Source: Octopus bimaculoides | Taxonomy: Eukaryota | Assembly: GCF_001194135.2 (NCBI RefSeq) | Contig: NC_068995.1 | Span: 39,226,550-39,281,521 of the forward strand | Direction of reading: 5' to 3' | Length of the DNA: 54,972 bases | In this document: positions 1 to 12,994 of the stretch, one piece after another | Position numbering within the stretch: the stretch's first letter is position 1 | How the letters are laid out: the number at the start of each line of letters is the position of its first letter | Notes under the pieces: generated by a model | Told to the model about the DNA's origin: nothing | The model's database searches: none | What the model saw: only the letters and a program-made list of their open reading frames with translations | Program-made: the position numbers and the translations under genes

Positions 1-688
1 TATGTATATATATATATGTATATATATATATGTATATATGTATGTATGTATGTATGTATATATGTATATATGTATACGAGGTTAACATAGAACTAGTGTG
101 AATTAAATAGGTCATAGTTTGTTTACCATAACTCCTCCAGCTTCAATCATGAAAATTCTTGTGAGATTAGACTGGAGCTCCATTCCCACGGAAGTTGATA
201 AGCTAAATCTCAGTATCACTCTAGGTTATAAATTTTTTTCACATTCAGACAAAAAGTCTCATCATTTTTATTTATGGGAAAAATCGTAGTAAAAGGCACT
301 GTGTGTCTGTAACATACTTTACTAAAACATTACGTGACTAGATTAATGTATTGGAATATCCGTTAGAATCTCTATCATATGTGAATTTCAATTACATCGT
401 ACTTAAACTTCCATTCCGTACTAGCGGGTTCGATAATTGCAATATCTTTTATTTCTTTCAATCATTGCACTGAAGCAAAAATGTGGTGCCACCTTGATGG
501 ATTTTAGTCGAACGAACCGACCACAGTACTTATTTTTAAGGCCTCGTACTTATTCTATGAATCCTTTATACTGATCCGCTAATTCACGGCGTCTTAAATA
601 AACCGGTACCGGCTGTCAAGCGGTGCTGAAGAAAAAAACACAATTATAAAGTCAGACAGAAACAGGTACTCCTTCTCTCTCTCCCTGT

Positions 689-726
<38 letters not shown>

Positions 727-1237
727 ATGCCTCTATCGATCTTTCTATTCTTGTATTTATGTATATGTGTAAATATGTGTAAATGTGTGTTTGTTTGTAT
801 AAACAAATGACATCAGATGTATTATGGTTTACTACAGTTGTTTCANNNNNNNNNNNNNNNNNNNNNNNNNNNNNNNNNNNNNNNNNNNNNNNNNNNNNNN
901 NNNNNNNNNNNNNNNNNNNNNNNNNNNNNNNNNNNNNNNNNNNNNNNNNNNNNNNNNNNNNNNNNNNNNNNNNNNNNNNNNNNNNNNNNNNNNNNNNNNN
1001 NNNNNNNNNNNNNNNNNNNNNNNNNNNNNNNNNNNNNNNNNNNNNNNNNNNNNNNNNNNNNNNNNNNNNNNNNNNNNNNNNNNNNNNNNNNNNNNNNNNN
1101 NNNNNNNNNNNNNNNNNNNNNNNNNNNNNNNNNNNNNNNNNNNNNNNNNNNNNNNNNNNNNNNNNNNNNNNNNNNNNNNNNNNNNNNNNNNNNNNNNNNN
1201 NNNNNNNNNNNNNNNNNNNNNNNNNNNNNATATATAT

Positions 1238-1306
<69 letters not shown>

Positions 1307-2689
1307 GATATAGATATAAAGGACGAAGACCTGTGAAGGAACAACAGATAAGTATATTAGCTTAACACTCGGAAAGAATGGATAGAGAGCGGAGAATAAA
1401 CTGAGAGAAAATGTAAAATAACGGAGAAAGAAAAAAATGTGTAGGGATTAACGGTTCAACATGATACATACATACATACATACATACATACACACATACA
1501 TACGTACATACATACATTCGTATTAGAAGACTGTCACTAAGAGTGTCACGTAGTGGGGATTTAACTCGGAACCATTAAATAAAAATAATAAATTTTCAGA
1601 CACTTTCTTTCATATTATCATAATCGGTCATGCTGAAATTATTGAATCGACTTATAATGTTGGAAATTGATAACTCTAAGTTAATCTTAGACAATTGACT
1701 TAGAATTGGAAAGGGTGTGTTCACCCACGTTCTCACAATTACGAGGTCGCGGGTTCGAACCCAGAGCGTGCATTCTCCCCCACCAAATTTTTATGCAACA
1801 TCGCGTCTGCCCAAACTTTGAGAGGGAAATATTCGAACAGAAACTCTTTTGAAATTCGTCAGATAGATTGTACATGGATCATCATTTGTCTTTTATTCAT
1901 TCAACACTGATGCGAAATGACACTGTACATTCAGATCCCAAGCATGTTACGTTCATTGCGTAATGGACTGTGATAACACAAATCTGTAATCAGATGAAAT
2001 TTCTGCTTCTATCGCAAAATAATGTCTCGGCGACCACATACAAACCTCTCATCTATCCGCAATCTTTTGACTATCGCTTGTATTTACATATGTAATGAGA
2101 GGATGCGTACATTTATACAGATTTAGGTACATGTGAAGAGAAAAAATGCGAAGATTAGTGAGCAGAAAAAGTACGAAGGTAAGTACGAGGTATATGGGTG
2201 TGTTTCCTACAGGAGATTATCAAAGAAATACGTAACGGTAGGAGTTTCGCTGCTCTAAGCCACGATATTTGTATCACTGAGTCTAATAATTTGTTCCATT
2301 TACCAAGTACTTGGAGATGATCCATTTATCACACATTCGTATATTTACTGTGACTTGTGGGACGAAACGCCAGTGATAAACGAGGCTAAACCGGTGATAA
2401 ACTATGCATGCAATTTGAATGTCAGATCCTGCCTCAGGATTATGTTAAATGTCAACGGTTTTGAGAAATACTTAACAACTTACAAGCTAATTCCAACGAG
2501 AAGGTATTTATCTCAAGGGATCTGACAACTGAATGCTCATTGTCAAAGGGGACGGGTGGATATTTGTTTGTATATATGTACTAATGTGCGCTTTTAGCGC
2601 GCGCGCGTGAACATGAGTGTGCTTTTGTATCTCGTGCAGGGAAGAACGTGATTGTGTATTCATAAATATAGGCATAGTTTTATAACCAC

Positions 2690-2761
2690 CATCATCATCA
2701 TCAGTATAAAAGTCATGATGAGATAATGATGACAACGACAACAACGACGACGAAGAGGACT

Positions 2762-2802
<41 letters not shown>

Positions 2803-3001
2803 ATTGATGATGATGTTTATGGTTTCTAATTTTGGTACAAGACCAGCAATTACACAGAGAGATTTGGTCGAATACACCGAGCCCTCAATTTGTACATATT
2901 TTGTCGACCTTCAAATGATGAACAGCACTGTCGACTTTGGCGGAATTAGAAATCAGAACGTTAAGAATTGGAAGAACTGCTGCTATGTAGTTTGCCCGAT
3001 G

Positions 3002-3086
<85 letters not shown>

Positions 3087-3334
3087 AAAAACATATTGGA
3101 AATGACGACGAAGATGAGAAAGTTGATAGTTGTATTGATTGATGACGATGAAGAGTACTATACTTTTAATGACTATATCAGCATAGTAAAACTGATGAAT
3201 TTACTGATGATGGGAAAAGCTGAGATCAATTAAGATGATAGTTCTGATAAAGATTAATGGTGTTGATGATGAGGAGGATGAGGTTGGTGGAGGAAATGAT
3301 GATGATGATGGCGACGACGACGACGTCGACGACA

Positions 3335-3377
<43 letters not shown>

Positions 3378-3440
3378 GATGATGATCATGATGAAGATGA
3401 TGATGATGATAATGATGATATTGATGATGATATGATGGTG
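2690..3440. repeat. Compound (GAT)n/(GAC)n microsatellite field with an embedded SINE fragment (about 2880-3000)
   Basis: Direct reading. Representative of many (TA)n, (CA)n, (CT)n, (TAGA)n, (TAC)n and (AAT)n tracts; most N gaps are bounded by such tracts. Confidence 0.95.
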
Positions 3441-4787
3441 ATTATCCACTTTTTTGTTTGTTTTTGTTTATGATCATCATGGCGAAGAATCGAGGATAGA
3501 GATAATGAGAAGCGCCGTGAAAATAAAATGCACGATTAATATTCAAAAGCTGCACAACCGATATTTAAATATTAATAACACTTTCATCACCTTATTTTCA
3601 GGCACAAAGAATACATTACATTTACAATTATTTCATCACGAAAACCGTGCTGCTGTTATCAAACTTATAAGATCAACACGAATACAATCCGAATTTTCAT
3701 TCTATAAAAGCACTGACGATTTATGGCAGCCAAGAAGGAAATGATTTGGTGGGATTTCGTATTAATATCCCCCCCCCTCAATGATCCCGGGACTCACCAG
3801 ATATGTATGTCTCCTTCTAGTCAGTTTGTCCTAAATTCGCAGCATGAGTTTAAAAGGGTGATGCATTAGTACTAATTTTCCTTTATAGAGACTTAATTTT
3901 TCCCAACAATATCTTGTCCAAGCAAGTCCTACATATCGAATTAAAAATCGAGCTATAACATGTACGAAGTTCAATTTTATCTATCAATCGATTTAACCTC
4001 TGGAAATATAGGGAACTACAAACACACCGAAATCCATATCCGAAACAGCTGTAAGCTTTAATAAATACATAAAGTATTTATAAGCCACTATTTCTGTCTA
4101 TTTTACGTTATCACTCAGTAAAGAATGTAGCGTCTTAGATTGGTGATGGAACTATAGACTTACAAATTTGACTGGTGATGGACTTTGATCTCAGATTATC
4201 TGGAGTACAATACCGATCACAACAATCCTTCCTTAGCCTGCTGCACTTTTATTTATAGGGAGCTTAAGACGTATTCCTCATGAATTATTAATCTGTTATT
4301 AATCCTCCTCTTTCTCTGTCTCTCTCTATATATGTGTGTGTTTGCTTGTACATATATACATACATGCATATGCCATACGTCAGTGTAGAGATGTTACTTT
4401 CTTTGTATTAGAAAATAAACGTTGTTTTTAAACTAAGAAGGCAAATGTCAACGGCTGCAAAACTGCCCCGACATACGTAGCATACGCTTGCTGATTTGCC
4501 TTGAGAAGAACTGGAAAACTCGGATACATCACCGTCTCCGTGATAGCTATAACACGACACTATTGATAGAATATGCGCTACAATCACATATTCTCTCTTT
4601 CTCTCACTTACTCCCATTCTTCTTCCTTCTTGTCGTCACCTTTTTCTTCCACTTCTTTTTTTTGTTTTCCTTCTTTACCACTCCCCACTCACACACACAA
4701 AGATTCATACGGCTTTTGTTGGCGGAAACAATGGTTTCTTGGTCAACAGCTCTAAGCACATACGTCATGACATTGAAAATTACTTAC

Positions 4788-4888
4788 ATTTTTAGAGTTT
4801 CTTGTTGAAATTAAGGCTTCAGACAAAACATCGGTCACCCGACACATTTCTGTTGGAAATTGTCCCATTACGTCAAATATGATTTCAC
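4788..4888 (-). CDS. ECT2L: ECT2L coding exon 13 (GEIIFDVMGQFPTEMCRVTDVLSEALISTRNSKN)
   Basis: Matches ECT2L GQFMFDTMG......TAQALADGLMEL. TTTTACAG acceptor, AAT|GTAAGT donor, phase 1-0. Confidence 0.88.
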
Positions 4889-4974
4889 CTGTAAAATATA
4901 AATCATACACAACACAACAAATATGTATATATGCATAGAGCTCAAGGAGTATAGAGACAATAGGGGTAAAAGCC

Positions 4975-5285
4975 CTTTTCGTTCATGAACGACCATGAAA
5001 TTGCACCTCGAAAGTTACCAGCCGAGGCAAAAGTCCGAGCAAGGTTGTTTATTGAAGACTAGCAGTCACCGAAACATAGCAGCCTCCCTACTCCACGCCA
5101 CCCATGTTATCCAAGGGAAAGGCAAAGGCCGATACAGCTTGGCACCAGTGACACCGCAACTCATTTTTACAGCTGAGCGAACTGGAGCAAAGGGAAATAA
5201 AGTGCCTTCCTCAAGAACACAACTCACAGCCTGGTCCGGGGATCGAACTCACTACCTCATAATTGTAAACACGACGCTCTTAGCC
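4975..5285 (-). mobile_element. SINE family B copy (reverse)
   Basis: AAGTGCCTTCCTCAAGAACACAAC and GGGATCGAACTC are reverse complements of the CORE-like and B-box motifs. Confidence 0.7.
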
Positions 5286-6648
5286 TTCACTATCTATAAT
5301 ATATTGAGTTATTCATGAGAAACTTCCNNNNNNNNNNNNNNNNNNNNNNNNNNNNNNNNNNNNNNNNNNNNNNNNNNNNNNNNNNNNNNNNNNNNNNNNN
5401 NNNNNNNNNNNNNNNNNNNNNNNNNNNNNNNNNNNNNNNNNNNNNNNNNNNNNNNNNNNNNNNNNNNNNNNNNNNNNNNNNNNNNNNNNNNNNNNNNNNN
5501 NNNNNNNNNNNNNNNNNNNNNNNNNNNNNNNNNNNNNNNNNNNNNNNNNNNNNNNNNNNNNNNNNNNNNNNNNNNNNNNNNNNNNNNNNNNNNNNNNNNN
5601 NNNNNNNNNNNNNNNNNNNNNNNNNNNNNNNNNNNNNNNNNNNNNNNNNNNNNNNNNNNNNNNNNNNNNNNNNNNNNNNNNNNNNNNNNNNNNNNNNNNN
5701 NNNNNNNNNNNNNNNNNNNNNNNNNNNNNNNNNNNNNNNNNNNNNNNNNNNNNNNNNNNNNNNNNNNNNNNNNNNNNNNNNNNNNNNNNNNNNNNNNNNN
5801 NNNNNNNNNNNNNNNNNNNNNNNNNNNNNNNNNNNNNNATATATATGCTAAATGAAAGACGGAAGATGGAATATACGAGAATTTTTAGTTTTAATCACAG
5901 TTGTGGGACACTTAGCAACTGGTTTAGGAGTATCCGAAGGTACTGATGTGTCTCATCAGGTGATAAATAGATACAACTCATTAAAATAGTAGTTCCACTA
6001 TGTATCATCTCATTTCGTAGAAAGAGAAGCAGCAAAACAAAGGAAATATCTTCGTTTATATTGAAGATCAACAATAAAATCACTGATGCAAAAAGAAACG
6101 AACACGCAATACAGCGAGAAAAGTAATAAAAATACAAATATGGCTCTATAAACGCCCACGCGTAACCTGTGTGGTGCGTGTACACTCGCTCGTACAAGCA
6201 TCCACCAAAATGTAAGAATACGCACACGTGTGGTCTAGTGCACTCACGATCACAAAGCGAGTTAACTAGGTACTTGGTGTTTATAAGGATGAAGAGGTTG
6301 AAGCTAAACTTCATTCATCCATACCTTAAAGTAAATTATGTTAACTGTTATTCAAATTCATTCCCGCTGCATTCTGCGAAAGTATATTTATATACGTGTT
6401 GGTATCTTGAAAGTCTTTGAGAAATTCTATTTATAATTTTCTCATTGGTCCACAGAATAGACCAGAATAGATAGGGATTCCTCGGAGCAGCGTCGGCATC
6501 TCCTGGAAATTTTATTGTATGGTTTTGTGTGCCTTACTTTGGACCAGGTTTTAATTTTATCTTCCTTCAGTCGCCATGCAAAATCGGCTAGTCAGCTACC
6601 AGGTGTAAAACATTCGTTTTATTATATATATGTTTGTGTGTGTTTTTG

Positions 6649-6698
<50 letters not shown>

Positions 6699-7301
6699 CA
6701 TGTGTGCGTGTGTGAGTGTGTGTGTATATATATGCATGTGTGTGTGCACGTGATTTCCGGTGACAACTGATTTCATTGAGTTATAGATCCTTTTAGAGGT
6801 GTTGTTGACCTCAGAACCATCATGAGCTTAATTGTCTCGCGGCAACTCTAATGACGATGGCATCAGCCTCAGGAATAATTTTAGTATATTCTAAATGAAG
6901 AACTTTAAAATGAAGAACTTTAAAATTTTGCTTAAGACGTACGCTGAAGAATAGTCCATCTAGCTATGACAGCTATGATGCTGCTCGTGTAAAGACCTTA
7001 ACTGCAATCAAAAGAGAATCCTTTGATTGGATGGCAAATTTTGATTCATCACCAAAAGTCATACACAGTTTCTCTTAATTCTCTCGTCTTTCAGCTAGCT
7101 ACCTCTCTCTCATACGGCACTCTCTACACTCTTATATCTTCCTTCACCGTATTCTTTATGGCGACTCATCCCAAGATTTTGAACTAATCCCGTTAAGCAA
7201 TGATTAATCCCAAGGAAAGTATAGCAACTTTATGAAATTTTTGTCTCCTTGCGAACAAATACTGATTTCTAACCTGAACGTCAACTGTGTATATTCTAAA
7301 T

Positions 7302-7382
7302 TCTTGGTGAGCTTTGAAATCTTGGTGAGCTTTGAAATCTTGGTGAGCTTTGAAATCTTGGTGAGCTTGGTGAACTTTGAAA
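7302..7382. repeat. 18-bp minisatellite, about 4.5 copies
   Basis: CTTGGTGAGCTTTGAAAT in tandem. Confidence 0.9.
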
Positions 7383-8306
7383 TATCATAAGTATCGATGC
7401 ACCAACTCTAACTTGTAAAAGAATTGGGGAAAACTACGATCACCGAAAATAAGAGGAAAAATCTTAACAGAATTAAAACCTTGTTGCTTCCGGTTTATCG
7501 TTAGATAAATTCCGAGCAAGCAAATCTCTGAAAATGAGTATTCCATCCACAACTTATCCGTTTTTATTCAATAAGAATACATCCATATGAACATATTTTA
7601 GTGTGCCATTGCATCCTATTAGATTCTTGCGTCTGATTTCAGATATAATGGGCTGCTGGTTCATCCCTGGATCACATACAAAATTTGTTTCCTTTTCTCC
7701 TTAGCTTCATATTTTGGTTTTCTCTGTCGTTTTCAACGACCAGCAATCTCTTGTTCGCAATTCGACGAAACTGAATTAGTGTCCGTGATAAATAAACAGA
7801 TGAATATTTCATTCATGCGTACCCTAAACTTATTCCCAGGACCAATCAACATAACGTGATATGATAAGATTGAGCTTTTGAGTTACATACAATCTAGAAA
7901 AGAACAGGTTCTAAGAATTAGACTGGTACTATATTTATTAATCCAGATTTATGATAGACAGCGTTAACTCCGGTATATTTGAAGTTAGAATGCTACAAAT
8001 CATGTTGTTCAAAGATCTGACGATTCAGCTATTTGCCTCTGAACAACAGAGTAACGGCAGGTCGCGGATTACATTTAAGATAAGAAATTAATTAGTAAAT
8101 GCATATGAAGATCTGACATGTGCAATACAGAAAATATAACATAGAAACTGGTTATCTAATAAATCGCATGCACATTCTTCATATCCTCCCTCTTTCTCTC
8201 CTCTTCGCCTCTCTGTTTCTTTCTACGTTACTTCTGTATGTTTTCTTCTCCGCCTTTTCTCTCCCTCTTCTCCTTTTTATCATGGTCTTTCAAGTTCTTT
8301 CCACAC

Positions 8307-8370
<64 letters not shown>

Positions 8371-8642
8371 TGAGAGAGAGAGAGATATATCCGCATATAT
8401 ATCATTCCCTTAAAAACATATACAGATACACGCTCCTACTTACTATCTTTCTCCCTCCTTCTCTCTCCCTATCTCTCCTCTCTCTCCCCCTCTCTCTCAC
8501 CCTAGGTTATTTCCCGGTATTGTTCTTGTTATACATTATTCCAAGCTCAAAAATAACGAAGAGTAAATTAAAAAAGCAAAACCATGTACACCACCAACAC
8601 CACCATCCACAACAAGGGCAACTACTACTACTACTGCTGCTG

Positions 8643-8708
<66 letters not shown>

Positions 8709-10154
8709 NNNNNNNNNNNNNNNNNNNNNNNNNNNNNNNNNNNNNNNNNNNNNNNNNNNNNNNNNNNNNNNNNNNNNNNNNNNNNNNNNNNNNNNNNNNN
8801 NNNNNNNNNNNNNNNNNNNNNNNNNNNNNNNNNNNNNNNNNNNNNNNNNNNNNNNNNNNNNNNNNNNNNNNNNNNNNNNNNNNNNNNNNNNNNNNNNNNN
8901 NNNNNNNNNNNNNNNNNNNNNNNNNNNNNNNNNNNNNNNNNNNNNNNNNNNNNNNNNNNNNNNNNNNNNNNNNNNNNNNNNNNNNNNNNNNNNNNNNNNN
9001 NNNNNNNNNNNNNNNNNNNNNNNNNNNNNNNNNNNNNNNNNNNNNNNNNNNNNNNNNNNNNNNNNNNNNNNNNNNNNNNNNNNNNNNNNNNNNNNNNNNN
9101 NNNNNNNNNNNNNNNNNNNNNNNNNNNNNNNNNNNNNNNNNNNNNNNNNNNNNNNNNNNNNNNNNNNNNNNNNNNNNNNNNNNNNNNNNNNNNNNNNNNN
9201 NNNNNNNNNNNNNNNNNNNNNNNNNNNNNNNNNNNNNNNNNNNNNNNNNNNNNNNNNNNNNNNNNNNNNNNNNNNNNNNNNNNNNNNNNNNNNNNNNNNN
9301 NNNNNNNNNNNNNNNNNNNNNNNNNNNNNNNNNNNNNNNNNNNNNNNNNNNNNNNNNNNNNNNNNNNNNNNNNNNNNNNNNNNNNNNNNNNNNNNNNNNN
9401 NNNNNNNNNNNNNNNNNNNNNNNNNNNNNNNNNNNNNNNNNNNNNNNNNNNNNNNNNNNNNNNNNNNNNNNNNNNNNNNTTTTTCTTTCTTTTATTGTTT
9501 TTTTTTATTTTGCATTTTACAGGGTCCAATTCAGATGTTTTGAAGGTATACACAGACTGGTGTATTGGCTTGAATATTTGCAATCTTGCACATTTCTCTA
9601 AAGACACCTTGAAAACAAGTATGGTGCTACATGAAGCGACCGATTAATTACTACCATCCAAAATTTTAGGATAGGCATACGAGGAACTATCATGATTTCA
9701 ATACTTTCCCTAAATGCAAGAGCGATTCCAAAATAAAGCATTACTACTCCCTTCTCTCTTTATCTCTCTTTCTCTCTCTCTCTCTCTCTCACTCTGTTAG
9801 TTTCTCACTTTCTCCTTGTACCTTTTCTTCTTTCTCAGTCTTCCTCTCTCTATTTACCATTTTGTTTATAGCTAAATAACCCATGATTTCTACCAATTAT
9901 TTCATACTTCTTCTAATCTATTTATCTCTGTTTCAGTTATTCAAATAGCTGATCATATCCCTTCTCTTTCTCTCTTCTCCTCTCTCTCCCTCTCTATTCC
10001 CCACTTCTTTCTTTGTTTCTTCCTTTCCCTCTGTCTCTCATACACTTTGGGTTGACTTTCATCTTTCTCACTAATCAGTATCATACTAACCTTTGTTCGT
10101 TTTCTCTGTACATATTACATACGTGCTCACATACACACAGACACACAGACACAC

Positions 10155-10194
<40 letters not shown>

Positions 10195-10400
10195 GTACAA
10201 TCTTCTCTTTCTCTCTCACTCTCACCCTCTTTCTACCTAAGTCCCAATGTTATTTCCTATCTATATCTTTGACTTTCTCTCTACATTTCGATTTTATACT
10301 CATATTTTGCCATCATTAGGAATATTCCTTTGTTTTCACTCATGTTTTTCTAGTCATCTCTCTTTCTCTCTCTCTTTCTCTCTCACTCACACACATACAT

Positions 10401-10432
<32 letters not shown>

Positions 10433-12778
10433 GCGCGCATAAACACACAGAGACATACATCTTTTCCGAACATTCTATATTCTCGTTTTTCTCCATCATA
10501 TGATTTTGTACTTCACCGTTTTTCATTTTTTACATTGTTTATTTCGCTATTTTCTCCTCTCTCAATAACTATCGCTACACTGATTCCTTTACTCCTATCC
10601 TCCTGTCGTAGACTAGTCTGAACTGTATTCTCTCCACTGATTTATGACTTAAACATGTTTGGCCCATAATTTGTGTAATGAGATCAAAGTTCTACTTAAT
10701 ATGGCCGCCGACAATATTGTAGACAACACAAAATATGAAAGTCCATTGATGATGTAATACTTTTTAACGTATTCTAACAGGTTAGTATTCTAGTTAAAAC
10801 TACTACGGCTGCTTTTTTTGTAACTAATTTGTTATTGCTGATACGAGTTTTTAATTATTTTGCATACTTTTACTGGCTCTCATCGAACTGAGGACGTCGA
10901 AGTGACAGGGGTTCAACTTGAACACATATGGACTGTTTCGCAGTGTGGTGTAATCGAAAGAAAATATTTTTAACATGTTGTTTTGTCTTTAAGAAGACCT
11001 TTAACCAGAGTCGTTCCAGCAAAGGCCATCGCGAACATTTCAGATTCTTCGTATAAGGGCCACATTAACCAAAGTCCTCGTTGTCTGAGCATATAAAGTA
11101 CGATTTCACAATTATTTAGCTACTTATTTGTTGTAGTTTGAATTGCTGTCAAGAAGCCTCACTTTTAGCTTGCTCTACAACTGTTGTACTAGGGAGGTGC
11201 GCTGGTTACAGCAGCTGAAATAACCAGAAAAGAGTAGCTGAGTTGTGTAGCTCCGAGCGAGTCATCATAGAAGAGTACTTTAGTGTGTATGTAGTCACCC
11301 AATCGATGAGATTCAAAACATATCTATCTTTCCTGTAATATTATATTTCTACCAAAGTGAGAGCCATACTTCAAAATTTGACGTACAGAAATGAATGGCA
11401 TACGGTACAGTGTGGAGATCTGGAAATATTGCACTCACTGCATTATAGTGTCTATTTCTTTATGACCATATACTTTAGGGCTCGACAATAACTGTTTCTT
11501 AACACTTATTGTCAATGGTAGTTACCCCAACACCGTGTTTAAAGGTCCGTGGGAGTATTGGTGTTGCATCAATGTTTCTCTCTCTCCCTCTTTCTCTCTC
11601 ACACTCACTCTCCATCGTTCGATCTCTCTCTCTTCCTCTCTCTCTCTCTCGCTCTTCTCTCTCTCGCTCTTCTCTCTCTCTTCCTCTCTCTCTCTCTCGC
11701 TCGTCTCTCACTCGCTCTCTCTCTCTCCCCCTCTCTTTCTCTCACATAGTCACTGAGTGNNNNNNNNNNCCTCTCTCTCTCTCTCGCTCGTCTCTTTCTC
11801 GCTCTCTCTCTCTCCCCCTCTCTTTCTCTCACATAGTCACTGAGTGGGTGTATATCTCAATGCGCAATTTATTTATGTTCATGTTGGGGAGAAAGAGTTT
11901 CACAATGTTGTTTTGACTTGGTTTTGGATATAGATTTTTCGGGTAGTGCCAGGGACGATATAAATTAAATCGTGCTTCAACGATAAACTGCACTCGTCAT
12001 ATGTCTATTTTTTATTGTGTGTTTTTGTTTAGTCTGTGGCCACTTTTGTATAAAACTTGTGATGCATAACGTAAGGTTTTGTAACATATGATAAGTTGTT
12101 GGGGACTGGATGCCCAAATATAGCTAGCATACTTCATGAGAGATCTATTCTATTGCTTCTCCATAAGTATTTCGTTTCTTTCTGTTTCCCAAATGTATTA
12201 CTCTCCAATTCTATTACTTTTCATTGCATTGACTATGCACTTGCAATCTGCTGCTTTACTTACTATATCTTTTATATATTGCGAATGTCGTTGATGCTTT
12301 GTATGTGTGGATTATTGACGTCAAAGTTTAGTGTTTCTGGAATTTTTGAGAATGTGTATGGACGCCTGACAAGTCTGTGTGATTATGCTTCGTTTACTAG
12401 AATTGCTATAATTTTTCCCAACTTCCAGGTTATGGAAATTTGAAATTGTTAGTGAGAATAGTTTTAGAGATCTGTGAATATAGCAGGCCTTAGGTTTGTT
12501 TCCTTCAAGCCATCGGTTTTCTTGGCATATATTTGTAATTTTGTATGTCCTATACCCCTTTTGAGTTCTTAGACTTATTTGTTTTATTTTGGTGTCAGGT
12601 TAAAAGAGGCAAAATTATGGGCTAAGTTACAATTACGTATATGTGATTTTAGATTCCTGTCCTTTTCTGTAGGGTCTTTGCTGAATTTTGAAAATTGTGA
12701 GATAAGGGAGTTTACTTGGTGTCTTGGGCCATCTGTGACAGTATATTATTTGACATTGATAATATGTCATGGAGTGTA

Positions 12779-12994
12779 AGGCGGCGGCGAGCTGGCAGAA
12801 TTGTTAATACGCTGGGCAAAATTATTTGGGTCACTTCACCCGTCTTAACGTCCTAAGTTCAAATTTTGCCGAGGTCAACTGTACCTTTCTTCCTTTAGGA
12901 GTCGATAAAATAAGTACCAGGTGAGCACTGGGGACGATACCTGACTTAACCCCTCCTCGAATTTGCTGGCCTTGTGGAAAAATTCCGAACCAAT
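12779..12994 (+). mobile_element. SINE family A copy
   Basis: GGCGGCGAGCTGGCAGAA head, GAGTTCAAATT-like B box and GTCGATAAAATAAGTACCAG core. Ends approximate. Confidence 0.85.

Noticed and set aside
5935-5965. CTGATGA on the minus strand as another hammerhead
   Set aside because: No downstream GAAA core or stem II/I pairing.
11730-11847. Direct repeat of CTCTCTTTCTCTCACATAGTCACTGAGTG on both sides of a tiny gap
   Set aside because: Most likely overlapping contig ends left unmerged by the assembler, not a biological duplication.
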